The translations under genes and the position numbers were made by a program. A stretch of DNA of 64,000 nt from Blastocystis sp. Blastoise. Taxonomy: Eukaryota; Protista; Bigyra: Opalinata. The stretch is taken from contig JBBPEB010000008.1 of assembly GCA_039096225.1 (NCBI GenBank), positions 1 through 64,000 of the forward strand, in the 5' to 3' direction. Positions 40,651 to 53,313 of the stretch are shown here, piece after piece (the first letter of the stretch is position 1; every line of letters begins with the position of its first letter). Under the pieces are notes generated by a model that did no database searches, had not been told where the DNA came from, and saw only the letters and a list, made by a program, of their open reading frames with translations.

Positions 40651-41276
40651 ATGTTTCCCGGTAGTAGACCTGATATGAGTATTTTTCTTATTTACTTTTC
40701 CATTTCACTTTGGCTACTATATTTTTAATATTTAGCTCAAGGACAAAACCTTCAGGCATACTTTTATGGGATGAACCTATTTCATCCAGATGAAATTGAT
40801 GCTTGGCTCAGTTTACCTGAAAAATGAAGAGCTTTATACTAGACTTATTACAGATATGGATGAATTCTATGCATCTTTTGTAAATAGTGGATATGGCAAA
40901 CGTAAGTATAAGCATTGGGAAGATCAAAATAAATGGAAAGATAGTAATAAGAGAGATAATGGTGATTCTAAATTTTCAAAGAATGGAAAGAAAGGTGATT
41001 CTAAGAGATTTGACAATAAATCTAAAGCTGACACGAAACAGAATAAGAAATATAAGAATGATGAAGATGATGATGATTTATATTCAAATAGTAAAGTTAT
41101 ATCTATTATTAAGGATGTATTATTAGAAAAGAATACCAATTCTAATAAGAAGAATACAAAGTCAAATAATTCTAATATTCCTATTCCTGCTGGATATCCT
41201 TCTTTTCCTTCAAATCCTATGAATATGAATAATAATAATTCTATTCCTGCATATCCTTCTTTTCCTTCAAATCCTA

Positions 41277-41312
<36 letters not shown>

Positions 41313-41584
41313 TGAATAATAATAATTCTATGACTCTTCCTCCTCTTGGTTATCCTCGTATTAATAATTCAAATCCTGTTAATACATCTATACCTTTTAA
41401 TAATAGTATTAATCAAAAGAATAATATGGCTTCTTCTACTACTACTCTTTCTAAATCTGTACCTATTTCACAAGTACCTTCAACTACTCTTGGTTCTCTT
41501 CTTAAAAGTAAACAACAACAAAATAAACAAAAAAATAATTCAACTGCTTCTAATCCTAATTCTCGTATTTCTACTAGTTCTGTA

Positions 41585-41628
<44 letters not shown>

Positions 41629-44086
41629 GATTAATAATAATAATAAGATTAATAATAATAATGCTAATAATAATAAACAAGATAATTCTAAACAAGGTTC
41701 ATTACCCTTTTTAAATCAATCGAATCTCTCTCGTTTCTTGACTACTTTAGATGCTAAACAAGGTGCTCAACAAAGTAATAATAAAAATGCTACTAGTAAT
41801 AATAATAAAAACAGTAATAAACCTAATGCTAATAATAATAATACCAATAATAATAATGACAATAATGCTTCAAATGCGAATGTTACTCCAAGTAAATCAT
41901 TAAAAGATCGTTTTATACTTCAACAACCTCCTACTCTTCATACTTCTTCTTCTTCTTCTCCTCTCCCTGCTATTCCTATGGATAATAATCATATTACTAA
42001 CGTTGCTACTACTCCATCTCTATCTAAACAAAATAATATACCTATTCTTTCAAATAAACAATCGTTTTCTACATCTCAACAAACACCTTCTTTTAATCCA
42101 CGTCTTGCTGCTATTATTGCCAATTGTCAAAAGAAGAATAGTGAATCAAGTGACGCTAATTCTCCTATAGCTCCTGTTGCACCTGTTGCACCTGTTGCAC
42201 CTGTTGCACCTGTTGCACCTGTTGCACCTGTTGCACCTGTTGCTCCTATGGCTCCTATGGCTCCTATGGCACCTACTGCTCCTACTGCTCCTATGGCTCC
42301 TAATGTTTTCTATCCTCCTGTAATGGATACTATTCCTTCTCATTCTATGAATCCTTTAGAAACACTTCCAAATCAACCTATAACTCCTCCTTCTCCTCCT
42401 CTTCCTCCTTCCTTAGTTACTCCTACTCAATCTATACATAATACTCCTAATCAATCTATACATAATACTCCTAATCAATCTAATATAACTATATTAGAAA
42501 TGAGTCAACAAATGAATTCTTCATTAGTATCACCTAATTCCTCTTCTTCTTCTTTATTTGCTTCTCCTTCATCATCAATAACTCCTTCTATTACTACTCC
42601 AAAATTAAATTTATCATCCTCATTACTCACATTACCTACATTACCTAAAATACAAAATAATATATGTATAAAATGTAATAAACATTTCGATATAAATAGT
42701 AGCGAAATATTTAATATTGGTTGTTCTAAACAACATAAGATATGTAATGTATGTTTTATGGAATTATTTAATGATAGTATTGAACATCAACAACTTATAT
42801 ACTGCTTAGATAAGTCTTGCCATTATTGTATAAATTCAGAAACAGTAAGAACTATTTTAAGTTCATTATATCCTAGTAATAATATTGATGAATATGTTAA
42901 TGTTTATAATACTATATATCAATGTAGTATTCCTCCTACAGTATCTACTCCTTCTATTCCTCCTACAGTAGTATCTTCTTCAATGATGACACCTCCACCT
43001 CCATCTATTCCTACTGATAATAATAATAATATGAATAATAATAATATGAATAATAATAATATGAATAATAATAATATGAATAATAATAATATGAATAATA
43101 ATAATATGAATAATAATAATATGAATAATAATAATATGAATAATACTAATAATACTAATAATAATAATAATATCATAGATAATACTAATAATACTAATAA
43201 TAATACTAATAATACTAATACTAATACTAATGATGAAGATGATTTATATGGATGTGTTTCTGAATCAGTTGTTTCTCCTTCTGTTCCTATAACTACTACA
43301 ACTACTACTACTATTTCTTATCAATATGCATATACTTGTGTAAATCCTCAATGCCATAATCTTATATCTATTAATGAACAGGATGTAATTCATGCTATTT
43401 CTATTACTTGTTCTAAATGTCATATTAACTTTTGTTCTCATTGTCAATCAAGTCCTTCTCATACTCCTTTTAGTTGTGATTTGAATATAATGAATCGTAT
43501 TTATTGGTTATTATGGTCTATTCAAGGTAGAAGAGATCGACTTATAAGTCGAGGGGTTTCTAAAGCTAAAGTACAACAACTTACTGAAAACCCAGAATAT
43601 TTAAATATGGTTACAGAATCAAAACAATTATTAGAACGTGTTGTTGAATATGAATTATATTGCCAACAAAATATGAAATGCTGTCCAAAATGTCATCGTA
43701 AACAAGTGAATAATAATAATTTACTTGCTGTTATGTGTGGAATTGAAGATAAATCTACAAATATGATTATAAATGGTTGTGGTACTAAATTTACTTGGAA
43801 ATCTGCTGAATATTATAAGTCACCCTTAACTATTAATAATAAAACTAAACAAGTTGAGAATACTATTCCAAATATTGATCCTAACCAAGAACATAATCAT
43901 GAATTTAAATGCTCTTTTTGTCAAAAGAGTAAATCTTTAGATAAACAATATATTCGTGGTTATCGTTTCAAATGTTTAACTTGTTCGAATTTCTATATAT
44001 GTGAATCTTGTGATGCCACAAAGAGAATTCAACATTTTAATGGACAACATATATTTGAAATTATTACTGATCTTGATGAAGCATAA
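40651..44086 (+). CDS. RBR-type (RING-IBR-RING2-like) + ZZ zinc-finger protein with Asn/Pro-rich N-terminus
   Basis: CIKC...[11 protein letters not shown]...C (RING), CVNPQC...[12 protein letters not shown]...H...C (IBR), CPKC...MCG...GCG.KF.W, CSFC...RFKCLTC..F.ICESC..H (ZZ). A start at 40651 needs one intron and a 1-nt correction in the A-run near 40820; ORF 40790-44086 is solid. Confidence 0.78.
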
Positions 44087-44895
44087 TAGAATTAAATTAT
44101 AATAACAAGAAATAATATTATACATACATATATATTTATATATTTATTTTTATTATTCTATATGTAATATTTTTTAAACTTTTTATTTATGTTTATATAT
44201 ATATATATTAATATTCTTTATATAATCTTTAAATGGATTTGATATTATACTTTATCATTTTTTATTATCATATAATAATGCAATATCATTATAGATAGTT
44301 TAACATTATTTAGTATACTTCATATCTATTTTAAAGATATATATTTATATTTATATGTTTTTTTAAGAGTTATAACTCAATTTATTATTTTAGTTTGGTT
44401 TATAATTAAATGAAATTTTTTTTTTGTAATATAAAAGAAATTAAAAAGAATTTATAAATAAACTTTTAGAGAATAAACAAACAAATAATATCATATTTTA
44501 TAACTAGAATAGATATATATACACAAAATGATATTATTAGTTAATCAAACATATATATGATGATATATATATATGCATGGATTAAAATAAAATACCAGAA
44601 AATAATAATATATAATATTTGAATGAATGAAATATTATATATAATAGATACATTTTTGCTTCACAATACAAAAGTAATATAAATATAGTTTAAAATAATA
44701 ATGTTATATAAATTATTTATATATTAAAAATGTAGTTATATGACAAATATTAATATATGAATATGAATATGAATATAATAAATATAAAAACAAATATAAT
44801 TAAATATAAAAATAAATATAATAAAAAATATAATTAAATAAAAATAAATATAATTAAATATAAAAAAATGATTAAATATAAAAATAAAAGTATTT

Positions 44896-47800
44896 TTACA
44901 TGGGTACAACTCGTGGTTCATTTAATTTTCTGTGAATTGGATGATGGCGGTAACAGAAAGGAGGGCAACTCCACCATATTTGATATCCACATATGCAAAT
45001 AACCATGAATATAATGAATATACATAAAAGAGTAATACTACAAAGTATAGTAAAAATAATATCTTGTTGAGAACCATCAATAATAATAATATCATTTGAA
45101 TATATATATGCATATGTAATAGCAGTAAGTGAAGATATAGTACTATGATGTAATGCATTTAATAAACTATCAGAAGTAGTTTCTATATAATCTTTTAATA
45201 TAGTAAATATATTCTCTGCTTCTTTATATTCTGTTTTGATTAATAAACGTATTGAAACTACTTTATCCCTTATAGAGAGAATAGACAATATATATACATT
45301 ATCTATAGATATATAATAATCATATAAATAAGTAGCTAGAAGAAGTCGAAAAGACTCATAAGTATAAGGATCTTCAAAAGAAGTCTTATTAATATTTTCT
45401 AAAATTAAAGTTATATAAAGGAAACTATGAGAAATATCAGGTTTTGTTTCTTCTTCTTCTTCATAGAAATGACAGTAATATGTATATATATCTGACCATA
45501 TCATTTCATGATTTGAATGTTCAATACATTTACGAGTCATAACTCCTTTTTGATTATTTCCACAAAATAAATATACTGTTTCATCTTTTGCAGTAGATTT
45601 CCATAAACCATCTTCTTTACAATAATATGTATGTATATTAATATATAAAGTAGCATTTGATTGACCTGCAGGATTGGATATAATTACTATATATCGGTCA
45701 TTCACTAATTCTACTGGTGTACCATATATTAGTCCATTCTCATTATTAATCTTTATATTATTAGGAAGAGAAGGAATTGTATAAATAGGATATAATTCAG
45801 CACCAAATAGATCAGGCTGAAGAGGGATGAAACTACTTCCTTTATCAACATTAATATAACTAGGTGAATATGAAATAGTTGGTTTTAATAATGTGCAATT
45901 ATTAATAATAGATGACCATACAGGAGGATGAGTAGGAATACAATAGCGATATATACTTCCTAAATAATAATTTACATTTTGACAATTTTTATGTATATAA
46001 TGATTAGGAAGGGTTTGTTTCCATTCATCTTCTGTATCACAATATATACTCTCTATAGAAATATTTATAGAAGTAGAAATATTCCCATAAATATTTGAAG
46101 CTATTATAGTATAAGTTTGCATAGAAGAAGCTTCAGTAGGAACACCAAATAATGTATTATTTGATAGTATAGTTAATCCATAAGGAAGAGAAGGAAGAAT
46201 AGTAAAATATATTTCTGTTCCATTTAATGTAAAAGGAATATTCACTTGTATATATGTATAAAAAATATAAGTATTTTGATTAAAATGGAAATTTGAAGGT
46301 ATTGCATATTCACAATAATCTTCTTCTTCTTCAAATCGTCCATAACGGCATAATCTTCTTTTTATTCCAATAGAATAATCATCACATTGTTTATAACTAT
46401 ATGTATTTTCATAAGCATAAGAATAATCAGGAGAAGGAGGAGAACATAAATGACTTTGAGAAAATAAATAAAAACTTATAGTACTTAAATGTATACCTGA
46501 TGAACATTGTTGTATATGATTGTTCTCATCAATATAATAATCATCATCTAATAAATTATATGATTTATTATTATTATTATTATACTTATTATTATACTTA
46601 TTATTAATATCATTATTATTATTATTATTATTATTAATATCATTATCATCATGAATTGGTATTTCTAAACTAGTTTCATTACATTTAATAATATGAATTC
46701 TATATTTATGGAAAGGATATGAATTATAGAAATAAAAATATTTTGTTTGATTATATTCTGTCCAATGTTCATTTATAGCTACATGTAATAATATCCACTC
46801 ATTCTCTATATTATTATTATCATCTTCATTATTATTATTATTATTCTTATCATCTTCATTATTATTATATACTTTACGTTTCATTCCTTCTAATTTCCAG
46901 CTAGTAGGATGACGTGTATTACAATTATTAGTGTTTCGAATACTATAACCATTAATAGTTTCATAACGATCTTCAGTATATTCCCATTCAAATATTGAAT
47001 CATAACAAGTATCAAATGTATTCATAATTAAAGAATTATTTTGATTAAATAGATTTGAAAGAGGATAAGAAGGATCTTCATTTCGATTACTTGATATATT
47101 TCCTGTAAATATCATTAAAGTTTTATTAGGTATATAATTAGCATCAACATCAAATGTATTTGCAAAAGGAGCTGTATTATAAATATGATTCTCTACAGCT
47201 AAAGTATTATGAATATTTAATAAATGATGATTAATTAACGATATACTAAAAGAAGCATAAGGTTTTGAAAAAGGTTGAAGAGCTGTTTGAGATGCGTTTA
47301 ATGGACCCTCAGGTAGATTAATTCGATAGAATTCTATACCATTTATATAGACTATACTTCCTCCAGGAGTATAAATAATAATATTTAATCCAGCAGTATT
47401 ATCATAATATTGTAATATAAATGTAGTTCTATAATATTGAGTTTTTGTTCTATAAGAAGGTAATCTCTTTGAATATACAGTACTCCATGATTGATCATTA
47501 TATTCTGGTATATACCATTCTATAGGAGTATTATTATCTGTAAAATAAGCTTTCCAAGAAGCTGTTTTGGGTTGATATATACTACCTACTTGAAGTGTAT
47601 GAGACACAAAGGAAGAAGAAGCAGAAAAAGTATAATGATAAAAATCAGAATCATTATTAATATATATATAATAATGATTATTAGCCCATTCTATATCATG
47701 TATTTTTTCGAATTGAAAAATAAATACTTGTGGAGAATAACAGAGTGAAATTGTATTATTTTGATTATATACTTGTATTCCTTTATTATATAATATAGTA

Positions 47801-48787
47801 TTATTTTCATCTCTTAATGTGAATATAAGTTCATAAGGAATAGTTGAAGGTGTAAATAGAATGGCGAATGAAGTTCTTGAATAAGGACATGATGTTGATA
47901 ATAATTTTAAATTTAATGTTTTTTGTTCATTATATAGAGTAATACCTGTAATAGTAGTATTAAGAAAGAATGAATATGGAGTAATACCATGTATACTTCC
48001 ATCATTACTACTAAAGGAGAGATAAGAAGGAAGATTTGAATCAATATTTAATGAATAATAATAAGGTGAATTGATTATATAAGCAGGAAATTCACAATTA
48101 TCAAATAATTGAAGTTCACCTGGATATGTTCTCATTTGAGGTATAGTAAGAGATGATATATCTTCCATATAAAAGGTAATATCAGATAAAGAATAAATTT
48201 TAAATGTAGAATTATAATTTTTATGAAATTCTAATGTATATGTAGTATATATATTATTATGAGGTAATAAATAAAAACAATATTCTTCTTGCCTTTTTTT
48301 CCATATAATAGATTTTACAGTAGATAAAAGATCAGTTTTTCCTTGATAAGTTCTGCCATATAAAGACCATTGTATTGGGTCATAATTCATCGAATTCGGA
48401 CTATTCATCATACAATATTTATTAAATAGAAAAGTAGGATTATTAAGAAAAGAGAAAATTAATATAGGATCTTTTTCTAATAATGTAGTTTTCCAATAAG
48501 TATCACGATTATTATCCATAAGATTCTCTATAGAATGCGTTGATTCAACATTACTATTTATTTTTGTATCTATTTCTAAAGGTAAAGAAGATTCGTTTAG
48601 AAAATGAAAATAAGAATCAAATATTAATGAATATTCATTAGTACTATCACGATAAAACATAATTGCTATAGTAACTTCTTTAGAATTCATAAAATATGTA
48701 TTATTTCCATTTATAGTATGCCAAACTGGATATAAAGACTCTTCGGGAGTAGGTAAAGATACATATTTATAGGGAGATGCATTCGTT

Positions 48788-48877
<90 letters not shown>

Positions 48878-51027
48878 TTCATTTTACTTGATATATCAAT
48901 ATTATTAAAATATTCTTTTCCATTTAAATAGATTATATAATAATATTCTTTTGAAGCATAAAAAGAAAAAGTCCAACTTGAATATTGAGTAGAGTTTAAA
49001 GCAGTAAATTGATTTCGAAATGCTATTATATTACTTGTTATTCGAGGATAAATAGAAGTAATATATTCATCCCAATATTTAGGAATATAAGTATCAAGCA
49101 TCCAGTCTTCATCTTTTGGTTGAGAAGTAATATATTTCCAAGTAGAATGAAAAGGTAAATCAAAATTAGTATTAAGAATATAAGTAGCTTCCATTTTATT
49201 AACTAATGTAAATGAATGTAATAAAATAGATACATTATCTTCAAATATTAAATACATATATAAATAAGAACCAGGTCTCCAACCAGTTTCTTTATCACTT
49301 GATAAAACCATTTTTTGTAAACCTGTTTCTATACATGCATATTGTATATTATTAGACTCTATTTTTCCTCCTTGTTGATATAATAATAACGCTCCTTTAT
49401 CACTTAAAAACTGAAACATCTCATCTTTATTAGGAATTAATGTATGCTTTTCTATTTTTATTAGTTTATATCGTTCTGTTATACAACCTTGTATTGTTAT
49501 ATTTAATGTAAATGTATATAATTCATCTGTTTCTATATGTCTACAGGAAAGTGTATATATTTGAGAAAATTGTTTACTTGATTGACCATATAAACGGCCA
49601 TTAGAATATGTTAAATATATGCCTTCAGGAAATATAGGTACAGATAAGAAATGATGATATAATGTAAAAATAGGATAATAATCAAATGATACATATGAAT
49701 ATATATGAAGAGAAGAAAATGAATATAAAGTGGGATTGTTTAAATAGAGTTGTTTAGAAGGAGAAGAAGAAATAGAAGAAATAATAGAAGGAGAAATAAT
49801 AGGAGAAGAAATAAGAGAAGAAGGAGAAATAATAGAAGGAGAATATTTATTCTTGTCTATAACAGAGATATTTTGTGATATATATTTATTAGTTTTATAT
49901 AATAGAGAAGAAATATTTGTTGTATTTTGTGATTGAAGAATAAACGATATGGCACAATTATAAGTTATATATATAGTAAATTCAAATGGAATAGTGACAC
50001 GAACTATAAAAATATATATAAGAAATGATTATTCGATATATATACATGTTGTATATATTTGAAATTGATTGAAAATATGTAAATGATGTTTATTTGATAT
50101 ATGAATAAATAGTTTATTATTATTTGGATCAGATTCTAAATGAGAATATAATAAAATATTATTCTTTGTATCTATTCCATATATAGAAAAAGGAAAAGAA
50201 GAAGAAAATGAAAGATATTGTGGACTTATCCATCTATATATATATATATAATGATGAAAAATTAGTCATTAATGGAATATACATGTTATTTAATAATGTG
50301 ATTGTATATATATATTTTGAAGATTTATTTTGTAATTTTATAGTATATGGATGAATAAGAAATGTATCTTCTATATATATATATATATAATTCTTAAACA
50401 ATAAAAAAAAAAATATATATATATATACTATTTGAAATCACTGAAAGGGAGAGACCATTTGTATTTTGTATTCTATTTTTAGGAACCAATGAAAATATAT
50501 TTATTAAAGTTGGTATCCAATGAGCCGAAATATATAGAGATGATCTAATATATATATATGTAATTAAAGAAAAAAGAAAGATAAACATATATATATATAT
50601 ACAAAAATTTATTCATATTATTGTTTGATGAGAGTGATCTATACATTTAAAGTATAAGAATACGAGTATATATATAATAATATACAGGATCATCGAATGA
50701 TTTTCAGAATTAAAATTAAAAAACATAGGAAATGATGAATTAATAGAATATATAAATAGATCAGTAGTATCGTATTTTGAGGAAAAAGGAGAATTATACA
50801 TATAAATAGAATAATTATTGTGATTCATGGTATTTCGCAAATCATTGGATATTAGAGAATAATATTCCTTGTTTTCTGACAATAAAGAAGGAGGAATCAA
50901 ATCTGGATAATAGTCATACGAATTCTTAAATAATTTTTGTAAATTCACTTTATAAATAAAATAACAAGTTGGAGCTAAAAAAATAAATAAAATATACAGT
51001 GAAAAATAATAGAGTAAGAATCATCAT
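44896..51027 (-). CDS. Large type-I membrane/surface protein with galactose-binding (F5/8-like), putative Ig-like and Cys-Trp repeats; multi-exon 5' end
   Basis: At least 1,507 aa open frame. P.LP.G..I....G.I.G.P Ig-like repeats, C..DG.W repeats, P..W.L.G motifs, C-terminal TM helix IIFTILCSITLLCIFIIFMVICICGY. The start (MMILTLLFFT) and upstream exons are tentative. Confidence 0.75.
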
Positions 51028-51561
51028 CTTTGAATAATGTAGGGACAATTCTTTGAAATGATACATAACGATAAACAACATAGATCGGACATTCTGAGAC
51101 CAAATATGAATGTTCACAAGACCTAGAAACACTATTGACATATTACAAATCTTTTATATACTTTATTGTACATGAGATCAAGTAGTCAGTATCGTTTTCA
51201 ACATGTAGAGATAGATTTAAATAGTTATGACGAATTTCGAACGAGGAAGATCCAACAATAGTGTGTGTATTGTTTGTCTCATGTATAACACTGCAGTCAG
51301 AATGATCTAAATATTCATTACATTTTGTTATTAGAGAAATATTTGATGAAGAAACACAAATGTGTATGAAACCTAAAAAAATGTGAATATAAACAAATAA
51401 CGTTCTTTCAATGAAATCAAATACATATTAAGAAAATAGAATAACTTAATTGTGACTTCATTAAGGTGATGAACATGTAATAAACCTCAATAAACCATTT
51501 CATGATGAAGCTAGAAACAAAACGAATTTGAAGTACTAAAAAAATAAACCACACGATAGTT

Positions 51562-51701
51562 TAGCGTTCGCCATAGGCTACCCAGGGTAGGGACTCTACC
51601 CCAGACAATTTTTATCCTACGCCTTGAGCCGCCAGAAGTACCCTTAAAACTGGCTCTTTTGGGAATTCTGTACCCCAGCAGAGTCTTCGTGGCGAACCCT
51701 G
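51562..51701. mobile_element. 140-bp hAT-like MITE candidate
   Basis: TIRs TAGCGTTCGCCA / CAGGGTTCGCCA (10/12 match). Flanking 8-bp repeat CGATAGTT at 51554-51561 and 51703-51710 (one extra C). About 50% GC island with repeated TACCC motifs. Confidence 0.55.
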
Positions 51702-52458
51702 CCGATAGTTGGATCTTTTTCAAAATTCTTTTTCTTATGGTTATGTGTATTTACGATATTGTTCAAGTGTATCAGCATGCAATTATGTTGCCTAGAAGAT
51801 GTCTGACTGTACATAAGACTAAATGTGGTTCATAACAGTTGTTAAGAATTAGTGTGATTCATTAATATGTTCTTTTACCATTTACAGGCACTCACTTGTG
51901 GAGTGAACTATTGTAAACTTGGTATGAACGTTCCAATGGCATATTGATACTGTTTAAGGAAGATACGAGGATCTGCTATTTTTATTGCTATTCTTTGCTT
52001 TTCGGTTGAGATTTAATGCATAATCAATAATATTTAGAATGGCTATAAATGATCCTTTTTTTTTGCTTCTACACATAATAAATTAGATCAATAAAAAAAA
52101 TTCATTGGAATTATTCACCGAAAAAGATGAATGAAACAGTGAAAATATGAACAAAGGGATATAATTGTAATCAACCGTGTTATACTAGTGATACTAATGT
52201 TTATATATAGTTATTTCATAATACATTATATTCGTCACTTTTTATTTGATAACATTTAAGATTTTATTCGTTTTTGAAAAGAATTATTTTAAAAAATTTA
52301 TTTATTTTGCTATTTTCTTGTATTATCTTTCTTTATATTATCCTCTAGATCTATCTAAAGGCGTATCTGATTCATAGACATTACAAATCAAGTGTAAAAC
52401 AAAAATATAAGGTAATATATAATATATATTTTATTTAAAAAAAAAAATAAAAAAGAAA

Positions 52459-52539
52459 CGCCTGATAGGGGGATCGAACCCCAAGTGTTAGCCAATTAAA
52501 GTAACCATTTGTACCAGAGAGAACGGTACACAAACAGAA
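52459..52539 (-). ncRNA. Degenerate tRNA-like element with B-box at the retrotransposon unit end (second copy 61050-61130)
   Basis: ttctgtt-tg-TGTACC gttctctct GGTACA-aa-tggtta CTTTAAT tggcta-acactt-GGGG ttcgatc CCCC-tatcaggcg, then TTTCTTTTTT. T- and D-arms are strong; acceptor and anticodon stems are weak. Confidence 0.5.
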
Positions 52540-53313
52540 AAAGAACATAAAAAAATTAAAATAAATTTAAAATATCATTTAATAACTTTTGTTCATTTTG
52601 TTTTGTTTAAGTATGTTTTACCACGGGGATATCACAACACATGTATTTCATATGCACCTTAAAATAACCAATAGGACTCTCTGAATGGGATTTGTGTACT
52701 GATACCAGATCTAGTAACACAATTTTAACACCTCCCAAGCATTTCTGGGATATAGCTGATGTATAGGTACAATATACCTTTCATATCACGACTATATATA
52801 TGTAATTAATATAATTTAATTGATTTAATTAATATTAAAGGTTAATAAGTAGTAGAATAATTTTTTAAGTAATATTTTTAAGATAAGAGTTTAATAAATA
52901 GTAAGTAAGAGAAAAAGAGAAAATTCAATCTATAAATATATAGATATTCAATCAGAGCTGATTATAAATTCAATCAGTATAAATAAGTTTTCATTAAATA
53001 GAATTAGAATAAGATATAAAGAAAAGATTTCAATAAAAAGATATATATAAAAAGTAGTAAATTATAAAATCAAGTAAAAGTAATATATCCAATATAATAT
53101 ATAGAGGATAGGGAGTAGATATATATAGTAAGTATAATATAAAGTAGAATTATTAATATAATATCCATTGTAATATGTAGAGGATAAGTAGTAGATAAAT
53201 TTCATCAATATAGTATAAGTAGAAGTAGTATATTCAATATAGTATATGGAGGATGAATAGAAGTATTATAGAGGATAATTAGTAGTATATATTATTCCAT
53301 ATAGTAATATATA

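Noticed and set aside
40800-40830. Programmed frameshift in the RBR gene (and near 29750)
   Set aside because: Both fall in A homopolymers; sequencing indels or decay are more likely. Needs read-level checking.
51562-51701. HDV-like ribozyme, snRNA or telomerase RNA
   Set aside because: GGCGAA resembles HDV J4/2 but no P1.1/L3 could be built. No U1-U6 signature and no convincing template repeat.
52448-53313. LTR pair with 61039-61904
   Set aside because: Identity continues through the ORF to the window edge, so it is a tandem of whole units. No integrase or RNase H.
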